The translations under genes and the position numbers were made by a program. 64,000 nucleotides of DNA from Macrostomum hystrix (taxonomy: Eukaryota > Animalia > Platyhelminthes): assembly GCA_950097015.1 (NCBI GenBank), contig CATNEN010000038.1:26784001-26848000 (forward strand). The letters run 5' to 3'. Every line of letters begins with the position of its first letter. Position 1 is the stretch's first letter. The notes under the pieces were generated by a model. It was not told the origin of the DNA and made no database searches. It was given only the letters and a program-made list of their open reading frames with translations. Below are positions 12,580-24,064 of the stretch, in pieces.

Positions 12580-13948
12580 TGTCACTCCACTTCCTGTCCT
12601 GTCACTCCACTGGCTCACCTGTCACTCCACTGCCTCACCTGTCTCTCCACTGCCTCACCTGTCACTCCACTGCCTCACCTGTCACTCCACTGCCTCACCT
12701 GTCACTCCACTGGCTCACCTGTCACTCCACTGGCTCACCTGTCTCTCCACTGCCTCACCTGTCACTCCACTGCCTCACCTGTCACTCCACTGCCTCACCT
12801 GTCTCTCCACTGCCTCACCTGTCACTCCACTGCCTCACCTGTCACTCCACTGCCTCACCTGTCACTCCACTGGCTCACCTGTCACTCCACTGGCTCACCT
12901 GTCTCTCCACTGCCTCACCTGTCACTCCACTGCCTCACCTGTCACTCCACTGCCTCACCTGTCACTCCACTGGCTCACCTGTCACTCCACTGGCTCACCT
13001 GTCTCTCCACTGCCTCACCTGTCACTCCACTGCCTCACCTGTCACTCCACTGCCTCACCTGTCTCTCCACTGCCTCACCTGTCACTCCACTGCCTCACCT
13101 GTCACTCCACTGCCTCACCTGTCACTCCACTGCCTCACCTGTCACTCCACTGCCTCACCTGTCTCTCCACTGCCTCACCTGTCACTCCACTGGCTCACCT
13201 GTCTCTCCACTGCCTCATCTGTCACTCCACTGCCTCACCTGTCTCTCCACTGCCTCACCTGTCACTCCACTGCCTCACCTGTCTCTCCACTGCCTCACCT
13301 GTCTCTCCACTAGCTCACCTGTCTCTCCACTGCCTCAGCTGTAACTCCACTGCCTCACCTGTCACTCCACTGCCTCACCTGTCTCTCCACTGCCTCACCT
13401 GTCACTCCACTGCCTCACCTGTCTCTCCACTGCCTCACCTGTCTCTCCACTAGCTCACCTGTCTCTCCACTGCCTCACCTGTCACTCCACTGCCTCACCT
13501 GTCACTCCACTGCCTCACCTGTCTCTCCACTGCCTCACCTGTCTCTCCACTAGCTCACCTGTCTCTCCACTGCCTCAGCTGTAACTCCACTGCCTCACCT
13601 GTCACTCCACTGCCTCACCTGTCTCTCCACTGCCTCACCTGTCACTCCACTGCCTCACCTGTCACTCCACTGCCTCACCTGTCTCTCCACTGCCTCACCT
13701 GTCTCTCCACTAGCTCACCTGTCTCTCCACTGCCTCACCTGTCACTCCACTGCCTCACCTGTCTCTCCACTGCCTCACCTGTCACTCCACTGCCTCACCT
13801 ATCACTCCACTGCCTCACCTGTCTCTCCACTGCCTCACCTGTCTCTCCACTAGCTCACCTGTCTCTCCACTGCCTCACCTGTCACTCCACTGCCTCACCT
13901 GTCACTCCACTGCCTCACCTGTCTCTCCACTGCCTCACCTGTCACTCC
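12580..13948. repeat. 20-bp minisatellite abutting the Ras exon 3 acceptor
   Basis: Unit GTCACTCCACTGCCTCACCT, about 68 copies. Confidence 0.97.
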
Positions 13949-13958
13949 CATCCCGCAG

Positions 13959-14337
13959 CGCAATGCGGGACCAGTACATGCGCACAGGTGAAGGCTTCCT
14001 GTGCGTATTCGCCGTCAACAATCCTAAATCGTTCGATGACATCGAGCAGTACAGGGAGCAAATCAAGCGAGTTAAAGACGCCGAAGAGGTGCCCCTGGTG
14101 CTGGTTGGCAACAAAACCGACTTGCACGGTCGCACGGTGGACGTGCGGACAGCCAAGCACCTGGCTGACGAGTTCGGCATTCCCTACGTTGAGACCAGCG
14201 CCAAGACTCGCCAGGGCGTCGACGACGCGTTTTACACTCTGGTGCGCGAGATTCGCAAATTCAAGGAGCGCGGCGGCGACAAGCGGCGACGTGGCGGCAA
14301 AAGGTCGAAGGCCAAGCTCCGGTGCAGTCAAATGTAG
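13959..14337 (+). CDS. Ras: Ras GTPase exon 3 (190-aa protein in total)
   Basis: cgcag|C GCA ATG CGG; [18 protein letters not shown] (G4), SAK (G5), polybasic tail and CaaX CSQM; AATAAA at 14625-14630. Confidence 0.97.
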
Positions 14338-14867
14338 GATTATTGGTTAACTATATTTGGTTGATGCCCTTTCTTTTGCAATGCGTTCTCTCCTTATACA
14401 CCAATATACCTTTTTGTTCATGGATAGACACCTTTTATCTACTTGCGCCTATTTTATTAGCTGATAATGAGCTTAACTAAGACTTTAGATGAGGTCAGTA
14501 TAAGCCTCGACCCACATAGATAATACCAAGCTACATGCTGTTGCTCTGATCTAATGGGTCCAGCAAATTTAGTAAACTATTGAATTTGCTTTCCTCTTCT
14601 TTTGTTTCATCGAACCTGCCTTTGAATAAATTAATTACCAAACCTTTTGTGTCGGTATTAGAAAAAGCATGTTATATCTATTTTATCACGCCATCTTAAT
14701 GCGAAAATTGTATAGGCTTTGATCGTCTATTGCAGTATTTTGTGTTCTAATTTAGTTGTTTAAATTCGTCATATTTTTTTACCTATAATATTATTTGATG
14801 TTTTATCCGTATTGAAATATGACTTTTTTATGCAGTGAAAGGCGATCGAAAAGTAATAGTCAATTTA

Positions 14868-14895
14868 CCCTAACCCTAACCCTAACCCTAACCCT
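14868..14895. repeat. Interstitial telomeric (CCCTAA)n tract
   Basis: About 4.5 CCCTAA units. Confidence 0.85.
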
Positions 14896-15153
14896 GTTCC
14901 ATACCCCTACCCCGCCCTGCGGCTGATTGGCAGTTCCATACCCTTACCCCACCCAGTGTCTGATTGGCTGCTCCATACCCCTACCCCACCCAGCGTCTGA
15001 TTGGCTGTTCCATACCCCTACCCTGCCCTGCGGCTGATTGGCAGTTCCATACCCCTACCCCACCCAGTGTCTGATTGGCAGTTCCATACCCCTACCCCAC
15101 CCAGTGTCTGATTGGCTGTTCCACTACCCTGCCTCATCATGTCTAATTGGCTG
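14896..15153. repeat. 37-bp tandem repeat
   Basis: GTTCCATACCCCTACCCCACCCAGTGTCTGATTGGC(A/T), about 6-7 copies. Confidence 0.9.
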
Positions 15154-15676
15154 CCTCACTCTGCCTTTGCTTAGTTGGTCTCTGAGCATGGCCAAGTCAT
15201 TATTTTCTGTATACTGAAGGTGTATGCTTTGCATATTTACTCTAATGATTATTAACACTTAAACAGCACAATATCGTAGTTGATTCTATTATTGACAGAA
15301 CAGGTATTTTTACCCTATCGCACTCGCAGATGACACTGAAGCATACTATTTACAGTGGGCAATGCTGCTCGACCACATTGATTGTACATAACAATGTTGG
15401 TTGGTGACTATTTAGTTTTAGACTGTCAAGTTATGTTTCTGTGCATCATAGGATTTTAAAGAAAGCTATTTTCTTAGCTATTTTCTAGTCAACATAAAAA
15501 AAATCGCTGATAATCTTCCTAGTCATATGCTACTTCTAAGCTTTTTCCCACCCATACAGGTGGCACAGTGCTTTGCTCCTTGCTCCATTTTCATTTACTC
15601 ATTTAGAGTATTTCGTCTCGTTCTAACTATTTTTTTCTATTAAGAAACAATCAAGTGACTAAATTCGATGCATGCA

Positions 15677-16400
15677 TTTGCACACAAGAATCTGGCCAAG
15701 GATTTGCACGCCTGGGTGCAAGAATCTGGCCAACGATTTGCACGCCTGGGTGCAAGAATATGGCCAAGGATTTGCACGCCTGGGTGCAAGAATCTGGCCA
15801 AAGATTTGCACGCCTGGGTGCAAGAATCTGGCTAAGGATTTGCACACAAGAATCTGGCCAAGGATTTGCACGCCTGGGTGCAAGAATCTGGCTAAGGATT
15901 TGCACACAAGAATCTAGCCAATGATTTGCACGCCTGGGTGCAAGAATCTTGCTAAGGATTTGCACACAAGAATCTGGCCAACGATTTGCACGCCTGGATG
16001 CAAGAATCTGGCCAAGGATTTGCACGCCTGGGTGCAAGAATCTGGCTAAGGATTTGCACGCCTGGGTGCAAGAATCAGGCTAAGGATTTGCACACAAGAA
16101 TCTGGCCTAGGATTTGCACGCCTGGGTGCAAGAATCTGGCTAAGGATTTGCACGCCTGGGTGCAAGAATCTGGCTAAGGATTTGCACGCCTGGGTGCAAG
16201 AATCTGGCTAAGGATTTGCACGCCTGGGTGCAAGAATCTGGCTAAGGATTTGCACACAAGAATCTGGCCTAGGATTTGCACGCCTGGGTGCAAGAATCTG
16301 GCTAAGGATTTGCACGACTGTGTGCATGAATCTGGTAAGGATTTGCTCACCTGGGTGCAAGAATCTGGCTAAGGATTCACACGCCAAGGTGCTCGAATCT
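15677..16400. repeat. 34-bp palindromic minisatellite with 26-bp deletion variant
   Basis: GATTTGCACGCCTGGGTGCAAGAATCTGGC(C/T)AAG. Confidence 0.95.
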
Positions 16401-17019
16401 GACAGAAAGTTAACTTTGTTATAGTTCGTTAGAATTTCTTTTGTTGTTTTAGTTGTTGTTTAATACCTTCTATAATATTCTGCACAAAAATTAGAGAGAT
16501 ATTCATGCCCTAAATATTGATACTGATCGAGTCTGTGATGCACTTTAATCTCACCTGCTATTTGTCTTCTGAGTCATCAGTTTTCTACCTCTGTCTGTTT
16601 GTTTGTCTGCCCCGGAAATGCTATCAATGCCATGGCATCTTAACCATTCGTACTTTTATTTTTACCCTTTAGACTGGATCTGTGTGCAGAGCGCTATTGA
16701 AGCTTGGAGCTTTTCCGCTGTTGTCTCATAAACATTATCCCTATTCCAGTTTTTTATCCTGCTTTCTTATTTTTTAAAGTGCATAAAGCAGCTCGTATAA
16801 CAGAGATGAATGTTCCATTTGCTACTGGAAGTAAACTAACTGTTTATGAGAATTATTATTTATTTATTTATCGAATGTATTCTGATCGGCTGTATGTTTG
16901 AGCTTTTTCGCCTAAACTTTCGACCATAACGTGCACATTGAACTCTGTAAGATGCCTTTGTTGTTTCTCAGTTTCTCAGAAGAAATTTTCATCAGTTGCT
17001 CTACCCACTGGGCCGTATT

Positions 17020-17266
17020 GTCCCCAGTACAATGTCCCCAGTACAATATCCCCAGTACAATGTCCCCAGTACAATATCCCCAGTACAATGTCCCCAGTAC
17101 AATGTCCCCAGTACAATGTCCCCAGTACAATGTCCCCAGTATAATGTCCCCAGTACAATATCCCCAATACAATGTCCCCAGTACAATGTCCCCAGTACAA
17201 TGTCCCCAGTACAATGTCCCCAGTACAATGTCCCCAGTACAATGTCCCCAGTACAATGTCCCCAGT
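17020..17266. repeat. 14-bp minisatellite
   Basis: TGTCCCCAGTACAA, about 17 copies, 3' of the TRPV-like ORF. Confidence 0.95.
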
Positions 17267-17426
17267 AGGCTGACTCGGATTGCCTTGGGAAGAATGAGCC
17301 AAAATTTTCGGCGGTACAAACCGCAAACCTACTCAAGCGAACAAAAATATTAATCCGTCGAAAAAAAAACTTCCAATCTATCTAGCAATTTATCAGCTTC
17401 TCAGATTTCTCTTTCTAGTTCGAGTG

Positions 17427-19325
17427 TCAACTGGATCGGCCTTTACAAGTCTCGCAGCTCAAACTGCGACTGTTTCTTGTCAGCGGACGACAGATGGACA
17501 GCACAAGGCGCCTCTTGCCGAAGATGAGCTCCCAGAGCTTGAGAAGCCAGAACAGAGTCGCCTCGCAGAACTCGGAGAAGCTCAGCTTCATCAGGTAGCG
17601 ACACTCGATGTCATACTGCATGGTGTTCCCGACGATGGAGGAGAGCACGCCGACTACGAAGTTGATGAACAGGACGGGAACTAGCAGGATGAAGGCCATA
17701 TGCGTCAGCATCAAGTCCGTCCGGTCGAGGTTTGGCTGAAACGTGCCAGTGTCGAATACATTCAGCGTGACGAGGAAGGTGCGGTAGGTGGCGGAGAACG
17801 CGTCCAGCTCCGGAGTCGCGGAGCTGCTGTTGCCGTCGGACAACGCGGTGGCGGATCTGTCAGCGACCTGGAAGAGGCGCGAGAAGGTCACGAGCATGAG
17901 CAGGTAGATGATAAGAAAGTTGCCGAACATGGCGAAGCTGCGGTAGAAGCTGTTGATGAACTTTGACACAATGGGCAGAAGTCGCGCTGAGGTCACAGAC
18001 GCGCATATCAGCTGCAACAGGTCGACCAGCACCAGACTGCCCGATAGCGACCGATAGCCCGCGGCTCCGAGCAGGCGGCAGGCGGCCTCCGGACTGCTCA
18101 GCAGCGAGACCAGCGCTGCATCAGTGAGGACGCTGAGGCAGACGGGAGCCATCATCACGAGGCTTTCATTGTCCGCTCGCCTTGGCCTGCTTGGGAAGCC
18201 CAACCGCTGGCGGTACTGGTTCTTGCGCAGCCGGCCGAGAAGGTAGGACACGATGATCAGCGCCCTGGTGGCCATCAGGACGCTCCGCGTTGTCATGAAA
18301 AGAGCTGGCTGCGGCTGAGCCGGCGAGTTGCAGGCGGCAGCGACGAAGCTGCGGTAGGCGCTGTCACAGCCGGCCAGCAGCAGGCACGCGTCCAGCAGAA
18401 TCAGCAGGCAGAGCGCAGCTAGAGTGAAGTGGTGCCTCGCGTAGAACTCATCCACCAGGGGAGCCAGAACCAGAGACCGGCGGAACACGCCGAGCTCGGA
18501 CACGCGGGACTCGCCAAACACCTCGGACATCACCGACAGCAGGGAGACGGCACGCTCAGGACCCGTGGAGACGACCTCCGTGAAGTCTAGCTCAACGTGC
18601 TCCATGAGTCCCGACATCCCGCAGTGGATCACCGACATGTGCGAGCGGTACAGGAGCTCGTCCACAATGTCTGCGTAGCCGCAGTACATGCCCCAATCCA
18701 GCGGGCGCATGTGGTAGCAGTTCCGCACGGTGGACATCCGCGTGACCTCCTCGACCGAGAAGAACTCGCGCAGGAAGTACCTGAGGTAGCCGCTTGACCG
18801 AGCTTCCTCGGAGGAGGCCTGGGCCTCCGCTCGGATGATGTCCAGTCCTGCGAACAGCGTGTGGTAGGACGTGAAGCCGTGCTCGGTGATGGCACTGAGG
18901 TCGAGTCCCTCGGCCATCCGCCTGATGAGCTCGCAGCAGCTCCTGGCATCGTACATCAGCGCCAGCAGGAATGGGTTGGACGGATACGGGTGCTGCATGA
19001 GCCGCTTGCTCACTCGCACGGAATTGTCGTAGGACCGGAAGCGCTGCGAGCACTGCCGCTTCCGGCCTTCGGTGTCGCAGCTCTGCAGGAAGCCCCGATA
19101 GTCCGGACCGCGACTCTCCAGGAAGCTGCGCAGCTGCTCAGCGTCGTCCTTCAGGATGATCGTGACCACAGTCGGCCACTCGTCCTCGGCTATGAAGCTC
19201 CAGATGTTTAGCTGCGGCTGTGCCCTGCCATCAGAGACTGGTCCCTGTTGAGGACTCAACTTGATTGAGCTGCTTTCTAGTGTGCTCATCTCTGGTCCTG
19301 AGCACGAGTAGCTGTTCACTGGCAT
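17427..19325 (-). CDS. Divergent TRPV5/6-like transient receptor potential channel, single exon (632 aa from first ATG)
   Basis: Long GC-rich ORF; degenerate ankyrin-like motifs (NPFLLALMY, HGFTSYH, HMRPLDWGMYCGYADIVDELL); hydrophobic TM segments; pore TFLVTLNVFD and S6 ILLVPVLFINFVVGVLS resemble TRPV6 TFELFLTIID and LLMLNLLIAMM. The track start is TTG; first ATG is at 19325. Confidence 0.72.
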   Translation of the reverse strand: MPVNSYSCSGPEMSTLESSSIKLSPQQGPVSDGRAQPQLNIWSFIAEDEWPTVVTIILKDDAEQLRSFLESRGPDYRGFLQSCDTEGRKRQCSQRFRSYDNSVRVSKRLMQHPYPSNPFLLALMYDARSCCELIRRMAEGLDLSAITEHGFTSYHTLFAGLDIIRAEAQASSEEARSSGYLRYFLREFFSVEEVTRMSTVRNCYHMRPLDWGMYCGYADIVDELLYRSHMSVIHCGMSGLMEHVELDFTEVVSTGPERAVSLLSVMSEVFGESRVSELGVFRRSLVLAPLVDEFYARHHFTLAALCLLILLDACLLLAGCDSAYRSFVAAACNSPAQPQPALFMTTRSVLMATRALIIVSYLLGRLRKNQYRQRLGFPSRPRRADNESLVMMAPVCLSVLTDAALVSLLSSPEAACRLLGAAGYRSLSGSLVLVDLLQLICASVTSARLLPIVSKFINSFYRSFAMFGNFLIIYLLMLVTFSRLFQVADRSATALSDGNSSSATPELDAFSATYRTFLVTLNVFDTGTFQPNLDRTDLMLTHMAFILLVPVLFINFVVGVLSSIVGNTMQYDIECRYLMKLSFSEFCEATLFWLLKLWELIFGKRRLVLSICRPLTRNSRSLSCETCKGRSS

Positions 19326-19843
19326 CGCAATTTCTAGCTGTTGCTGCAGCTTACGGCGCAAGACCGATCAAGAGTAGATTCAAAGCCAGCTTCATCTAGT
19401 TTCTATGCCTCTTGCCTCCGCTTTTTAATTTGATCGCGCCGACGAAAATGCAATTAGGAAGCAGTTATGAATTGTTTGATCAGTTTGCAAATGCAATTCC
19501 CATCGCATCTGTGATCAGTCAATCCGTTGTTTAAACAATGAGACTTGCTGAGCTATTGGCGGTAGACAAACAATCTGCATATGAAATAAGCTACTACGGT
19601 ACTGGGAACACTGCTTTATAAACTGTTAGTTGAGTTCATAGCATCCAAGGTGAACGCATAAGACTCTAGCAAAATCCATAATTAATAATCAGTAGCGGGT
19701 TAGACAGCTAGCACGTAGATCCAACGTTGAGCAAACGTCACGGTGGTACTTTTTTAATTCTTCACCGGCCGTCAGTTAGCTGCGAATGTTCCTATTGCTT
19801 CTTAACTTTTGTTGTGTTTGTCATTATTATTATCATAGTTGTT

Positions 19844-19997
19844 AATCATGTAACTGCCTGACGATGCGAAATTCAGGCCCGATACACCATCCCTGAGTGA
19901 GTGTATGCTCAGGAGCCAGCGGAACGGACAGAATTGCCTCCTCACAGCAAGTGCTCCATTGCGGTTGAGCACGCTGTACGCCATTGTGGGGCTGTTG
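19844..19997 (+). mobile_element. Short interspersed hairpin element, copy B
   Basis: Homologous to 4387-4605 and 45525-45665; flanked by TTAT(C/T)ATAGTTGTT at 19830-19843 and 19998-20011 (TSD-like). Confidence 0.6.
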
Positions 19998-20908
19998 TTA
20001 TTATAGTTGTTGACAGAAAACTATACTGAGGCTAGGATGGTTTTTTGTGGGAAAAATGCTTTTATCAAGCCAATCGAGGAATGCGATTCAACTTAGCCGT
20101 TAAAACTCGAAGAAAATTGGTTGGCAAATTAATAAAATTTTTCTGATCAATAATCCGAGCTACAATTAACTCGTATTAATTTAGCGCAGCGCAAAACTGG
20201 ACCATCTTTAATTAATATTCTATGCGTACTACTTATTAATTCGAGCAGTAAGGTGAAAAGTGTTTTTTTCGATGCAAGTACCCGGCAAATCGATAAAAAT
20301 GTCAAAAAATGTTTTAATTCGTCAGCTGCCAAACAGTTTAAAATTAAATAAACTCGCATTAAAATGGTAATTTTACGCTGAATATAAAATGCTGATATAA
20401 ATGATAGTTAAACTGCTGCAGGACTCTCTATAGCAGTATTAGACGGAAATTGGTGGCAACATTGAGAATGAAATTAAATTCATGTCCCGGAGCTCTAACA
20501 GAATGTCAGTGAAAAGAACTGGTATAGAGTGAAGTGAAGTGGAAGCTTAAATTTTGTCTGAATTTTTTATTTTGCCCACTTCCCCAACTTGGTGCGACAA
20601 AGCACACTAGATAAGTATTATGATATTGTGCTTTTTTCTCAGAGCATGCAGTTTATAGAATTGTGAACAGTTTGACTAAATAAATGATTCCCCCCTCGCA
20701 AAGCTCAGTCAAACAACACCATTGATAAGCTTAGTTTATAAAACTCTAATACTCAAACGCCAGTGATAAAAGTACAAAACACCCCACGCAAAGGCGAAAA
20801 AGCTGAAAACTTATCCAAAACTGGAATGTCAGCTGTCCACCGTGATTAGCTGCTCAACTGCAACTTGCTTGCGAAAATGTAGTTTCTACATTGGGCTATC
20901 TCACATAG

Positions 20909-21955
20909 TTCTCCTGTACTGTCCTGTACTGTCCTATCCTCTCCTGTACTGTCCTATCCTCTCCTGTACTGTCCTATCCTCTCCTGTACTGTCCTATCCT
21001 CTCCTGTACTGTCCTATCCTCTCCTGTACTGTCCTATCCTCTCCTGTACTGTCCTCTCCTCTCCTGTACTGTCCTATCCTCTCCTGTACTGTCCTATCCT
21101 CTCCTGTACTGTCCTATCCTGTCCTCTCCTCTCCTCTCCTCTCCTCTCCTCTCCTCTCCTCTCCTCTTCTCTTCTCTCCTCTCATCTCCTCTCCTCGCCT
21201 CTCCTCTCCTCTCCTCTCCTCTCCTCTCCTCTCCTCTCCTCTTCTCTTCTCTCCTCTCCTCTCCTCTCCTCACCTCTCCTCTCCTCTCCTCGCCTCTCCT
21301 CTCCTCTCCTCTCCTGTACTATCGTCTCCTCTCCTCTCCTCTCCTCTCCTCTCCTCGCCTCTCCTCTCCTCTCCTGTACTATCGTCTCCTCTCCTCTCCT
21401 CTCCTCTCCTCTCCTCTCCTCTCCTCTCCTCTCCTCTCCTGTACTATCGTCTCCTCTCCTCTCCTCTCCTGTACTATCGTCTCCTCTCCTGTACTGTCCT
21501 ATTCTCTCCTCTCCTCTCTTCTCCTCTCCTCTCTTCTCCTCTCCTCTCCTCTCATCTTCTCTCATCTTGTCTCGTCTCCTATCCTCTCCACTCCAGTCCA
21601 GTCCACTCCACTCCAGTCCACTCCACTCCAGTCAATTTCACTCCAGTCCACTCCACTCCAGTCCACTCCACTCCACTCCAGTCCACTCCAGTCCACTCCA
21701 CTCCACTCCAGTCCACTCCAGTCCAGTCCAGTCCACTCCAGTCCACTCCAGTCCACTCCACTCCACTCCAGTCCACTCCAGTCCAGTCCAGTCCACTCCA
21801 GTCCACTCCAGTCCAGTCCAGTCCACTGCTCTTCTCTCCCCTCATCTCCTCTCCTGTACAGTACTTTCTTCTCCTATCCTCTCCTTTTCTCTCCTATCCT
21901 CTCTTCTCCTCTTCTTTCCCCTTATCTTTGCTCTCCTTTAGTTACCAATATCTCC
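20909..21955. repeat. Compound pyrimidine-rich array: 20-bp unit, then (CTCCT)n, then (CCACT/CCAGT)n
   Basis: CTCCTGTACTGTCCTATCCT about 10 times, followed by pentamer tracts. Confidence 0.95.
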
Positions 21956-22969
21956 TTTAGTTACCAATACAATTGGTAATAAATATTTTTAGTTAGCACT
22001 AATCTGGGCTAGGAAAGCTGTTCTACTTGCATAGAAATATATGATACATGTATTTTGCCTTCGTTACATTGGAGGAAGTCTGCGTATTGATCACGTCTTT
22101 TCAACGTACCCCACAGTGTCAAGTCTCAAATCCCATGCATTCTGTGTAGTCCAAATAACGATTGACATTAGTATTCAATGGAAGCACACAATAGATTAAT
22201 ATATAAGGGATTACTGCATGGCTTGCACTTTCTGGAGAAAGCCTTCCTACTAGTTATGTTATATAATTTTTCATTTGCCACATACCAAAAGTAACAAATG
22301 TACTTAAATATTGACGCTTAAATTACGCCCGTATTATGGTTAAGTGAAATTAGGTTAAAAGTGAAGTAAATTATTTCTTTTACGTTGTAAGAAACGAGCT
22401 TCAATCAATCAAATAGATGAAATTATAAACATTACTTAATTATTTTAAGTTAAATAATGCGAAGGAAGATAATCGGTCCATAAACGTGTCGACGAGTATT
22501 AGGTCGCTTGAAATATTTTATTCATTTCTGCCAAGATGCGAGAATACTTTAAATAATATGCAAATGCATGAAATTAATTTTAGCTTAATCTGCTTCATGA
22601 ATTAGAAGCAGGGAATGAGGGAAATAATAACTAATTATGAATTAAATCATTGGTGATGAAAAACGCACACAAAACCAAGCTAGGACTCGAAGAAAAGCGC
22701 CAATTGAAAAAGTCCAATCTCTTCTACCCCGAAAAACTCTTCTCTCTTTCCAGGAGTGTACATTCTTCGCGCGACCATACCAAGGGCGGTAGGGCACAAA
22801 ATTCTAAATAACCGTCCACCCTACTACACCCTGCAAGATTGGACTTCATTCCTTCCTCTCTCTCTCTCGACACCCCTATTTTTTATGCCCCACAGCCCCC
22901 TTCTGCCGCCATTATACACTAAAACATTTGGTAGGGCTACCCAATAGCACCTAGCCCCAAAATCACACC

Positions 22970-23130
22970 CACCCTCCGCCCCTCCGCCCCTCCGCCGGTA
23001 CACCCTCCGCGTGTACATCACGAGAAAGCGTGACGCTTTTACGATCGGGCTTTGCATCTATTTTTAGCTCTTAGTCCGCCCTCCAATTGGTCAAAGTAGT
23101 AGTCCGCTCGGCAGGAATGCCATATATAGA
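22970..23130 (+). promoter_or_regulatory. Immediate-early-type promoter of egr: GC boxes, CRE half-site, MEF2, CCAAT, ETS+CArG
   Basis: CTCCGCCC repeats 22974-22996; TGACG 23031-23035; CTATTTTTAG 23058-23067; CCAAT 23083-23087; CAGGAA 23112-23117 with CCATATATAG 23120-23129. Confidence 0.6.
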
Positions 23131-23369
23131 ATCTGGCACTCATTCATAAACTTTTTCCAAAGCTAGAAGGAAAAATAGCCTCAGAAAGAGCCAGATAAAA
23201 AAGTGCTCCTCCCGCTCGTATACTGCTTTCCCCCGAAGGCGCTACGGTTTCGTCCACACTGGGTATTTTCTGCCATTTATTTTATTAGCTTCTTAAATAC
23301 GGCAAAACTGAAACAAGAGAGCGCTTTACATGAACTAAACACTATTCCAAAGCGCCAAATGCTTCAACT

Positions 23370-23665
23370 ATGGATGGCGCCAATTCACGCAGCGCTTTCG
23401 ACTTCAGCATAGAGCACTTGGAACAGCTGACGCAGCAGTGTTTAGAAGCTGGCGCCGGTGCATTCAACACTTTTCACACTGGCGACACGCCGAAGACCTG
23501 TGGACTGGGGCCGGGCTGCGGTCCAGGCGTGGACCAGAACTATTTCTTCGGCTCCGGCGATGTCCTAGCTGGCGAATTGAAAACTCCGGGCGTTCTCAAC
23601 ACTCCTGGCCTGCCGCCGCACTTGCTGGCGCCAAAGTCGGAGCCTGAACAGCCGGGACAGCAGCA

Positions 23666-23696
<31 letters not shown>

Positions 23697-23738
23697 TTTA
23701 AGACGGAATTGCCATCGCCACAGCCACCATTTGTACCT

Positions 23739-23783
<45 letters not shown>

Positions 23784-23988
23784 AGAATCTCTCCAACACT
23801 GCCAGGTGTGTGCTATGATTATGAACATCAGCAGGGCCACCTATTTGGTCTGATGCAGCATCCAGTTGTACACAGTGGATCCACCTTGGAATCTACAGCA
23901 GTCGGCATGCTTCCAGCGTTTGATAGTCAGCAAACAGCAGTCTCTACCGTTGCTCCAACTCTGCTCTCTTCTACTGTCTCTTCAACTG
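23370..23988 (+). CDS. EGR: EGR/Krox-20 family zinc-finger transcription factor, exon 1 (poly-Q activation region)
   Basis: ORF MDGANSRSAF with (CAG)n poly-Q; phase-1 donor ACTG|GTGAGA is compatible with exon 2. Confidence 0.8.
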
Positions 23989-24064
23989 GTGAGAATTCAT
24001 GGACAGGTGGGAGGAAAGCAGAGATTAGGCTTTGATCCACTGTCTATACGGTTTGCCATGGGCA

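Noticed and set aside
17424-19211. Overlapping and antisense ORFs across the TRPV-like CDS (similar ones overlap Ras, egr and Kv1)
   Set aside because: Shadow frames of GC-rich coding sequence
19857-19880. CTGACGA-nnn-GAAA resembling a hammerhead ribozyme core (also near 45538 and 4389)
   Set aside because: Only 3 nt are available for stem II, I could not build stems I and III with a valid NUH site, and a simple hairpin explains the conservation
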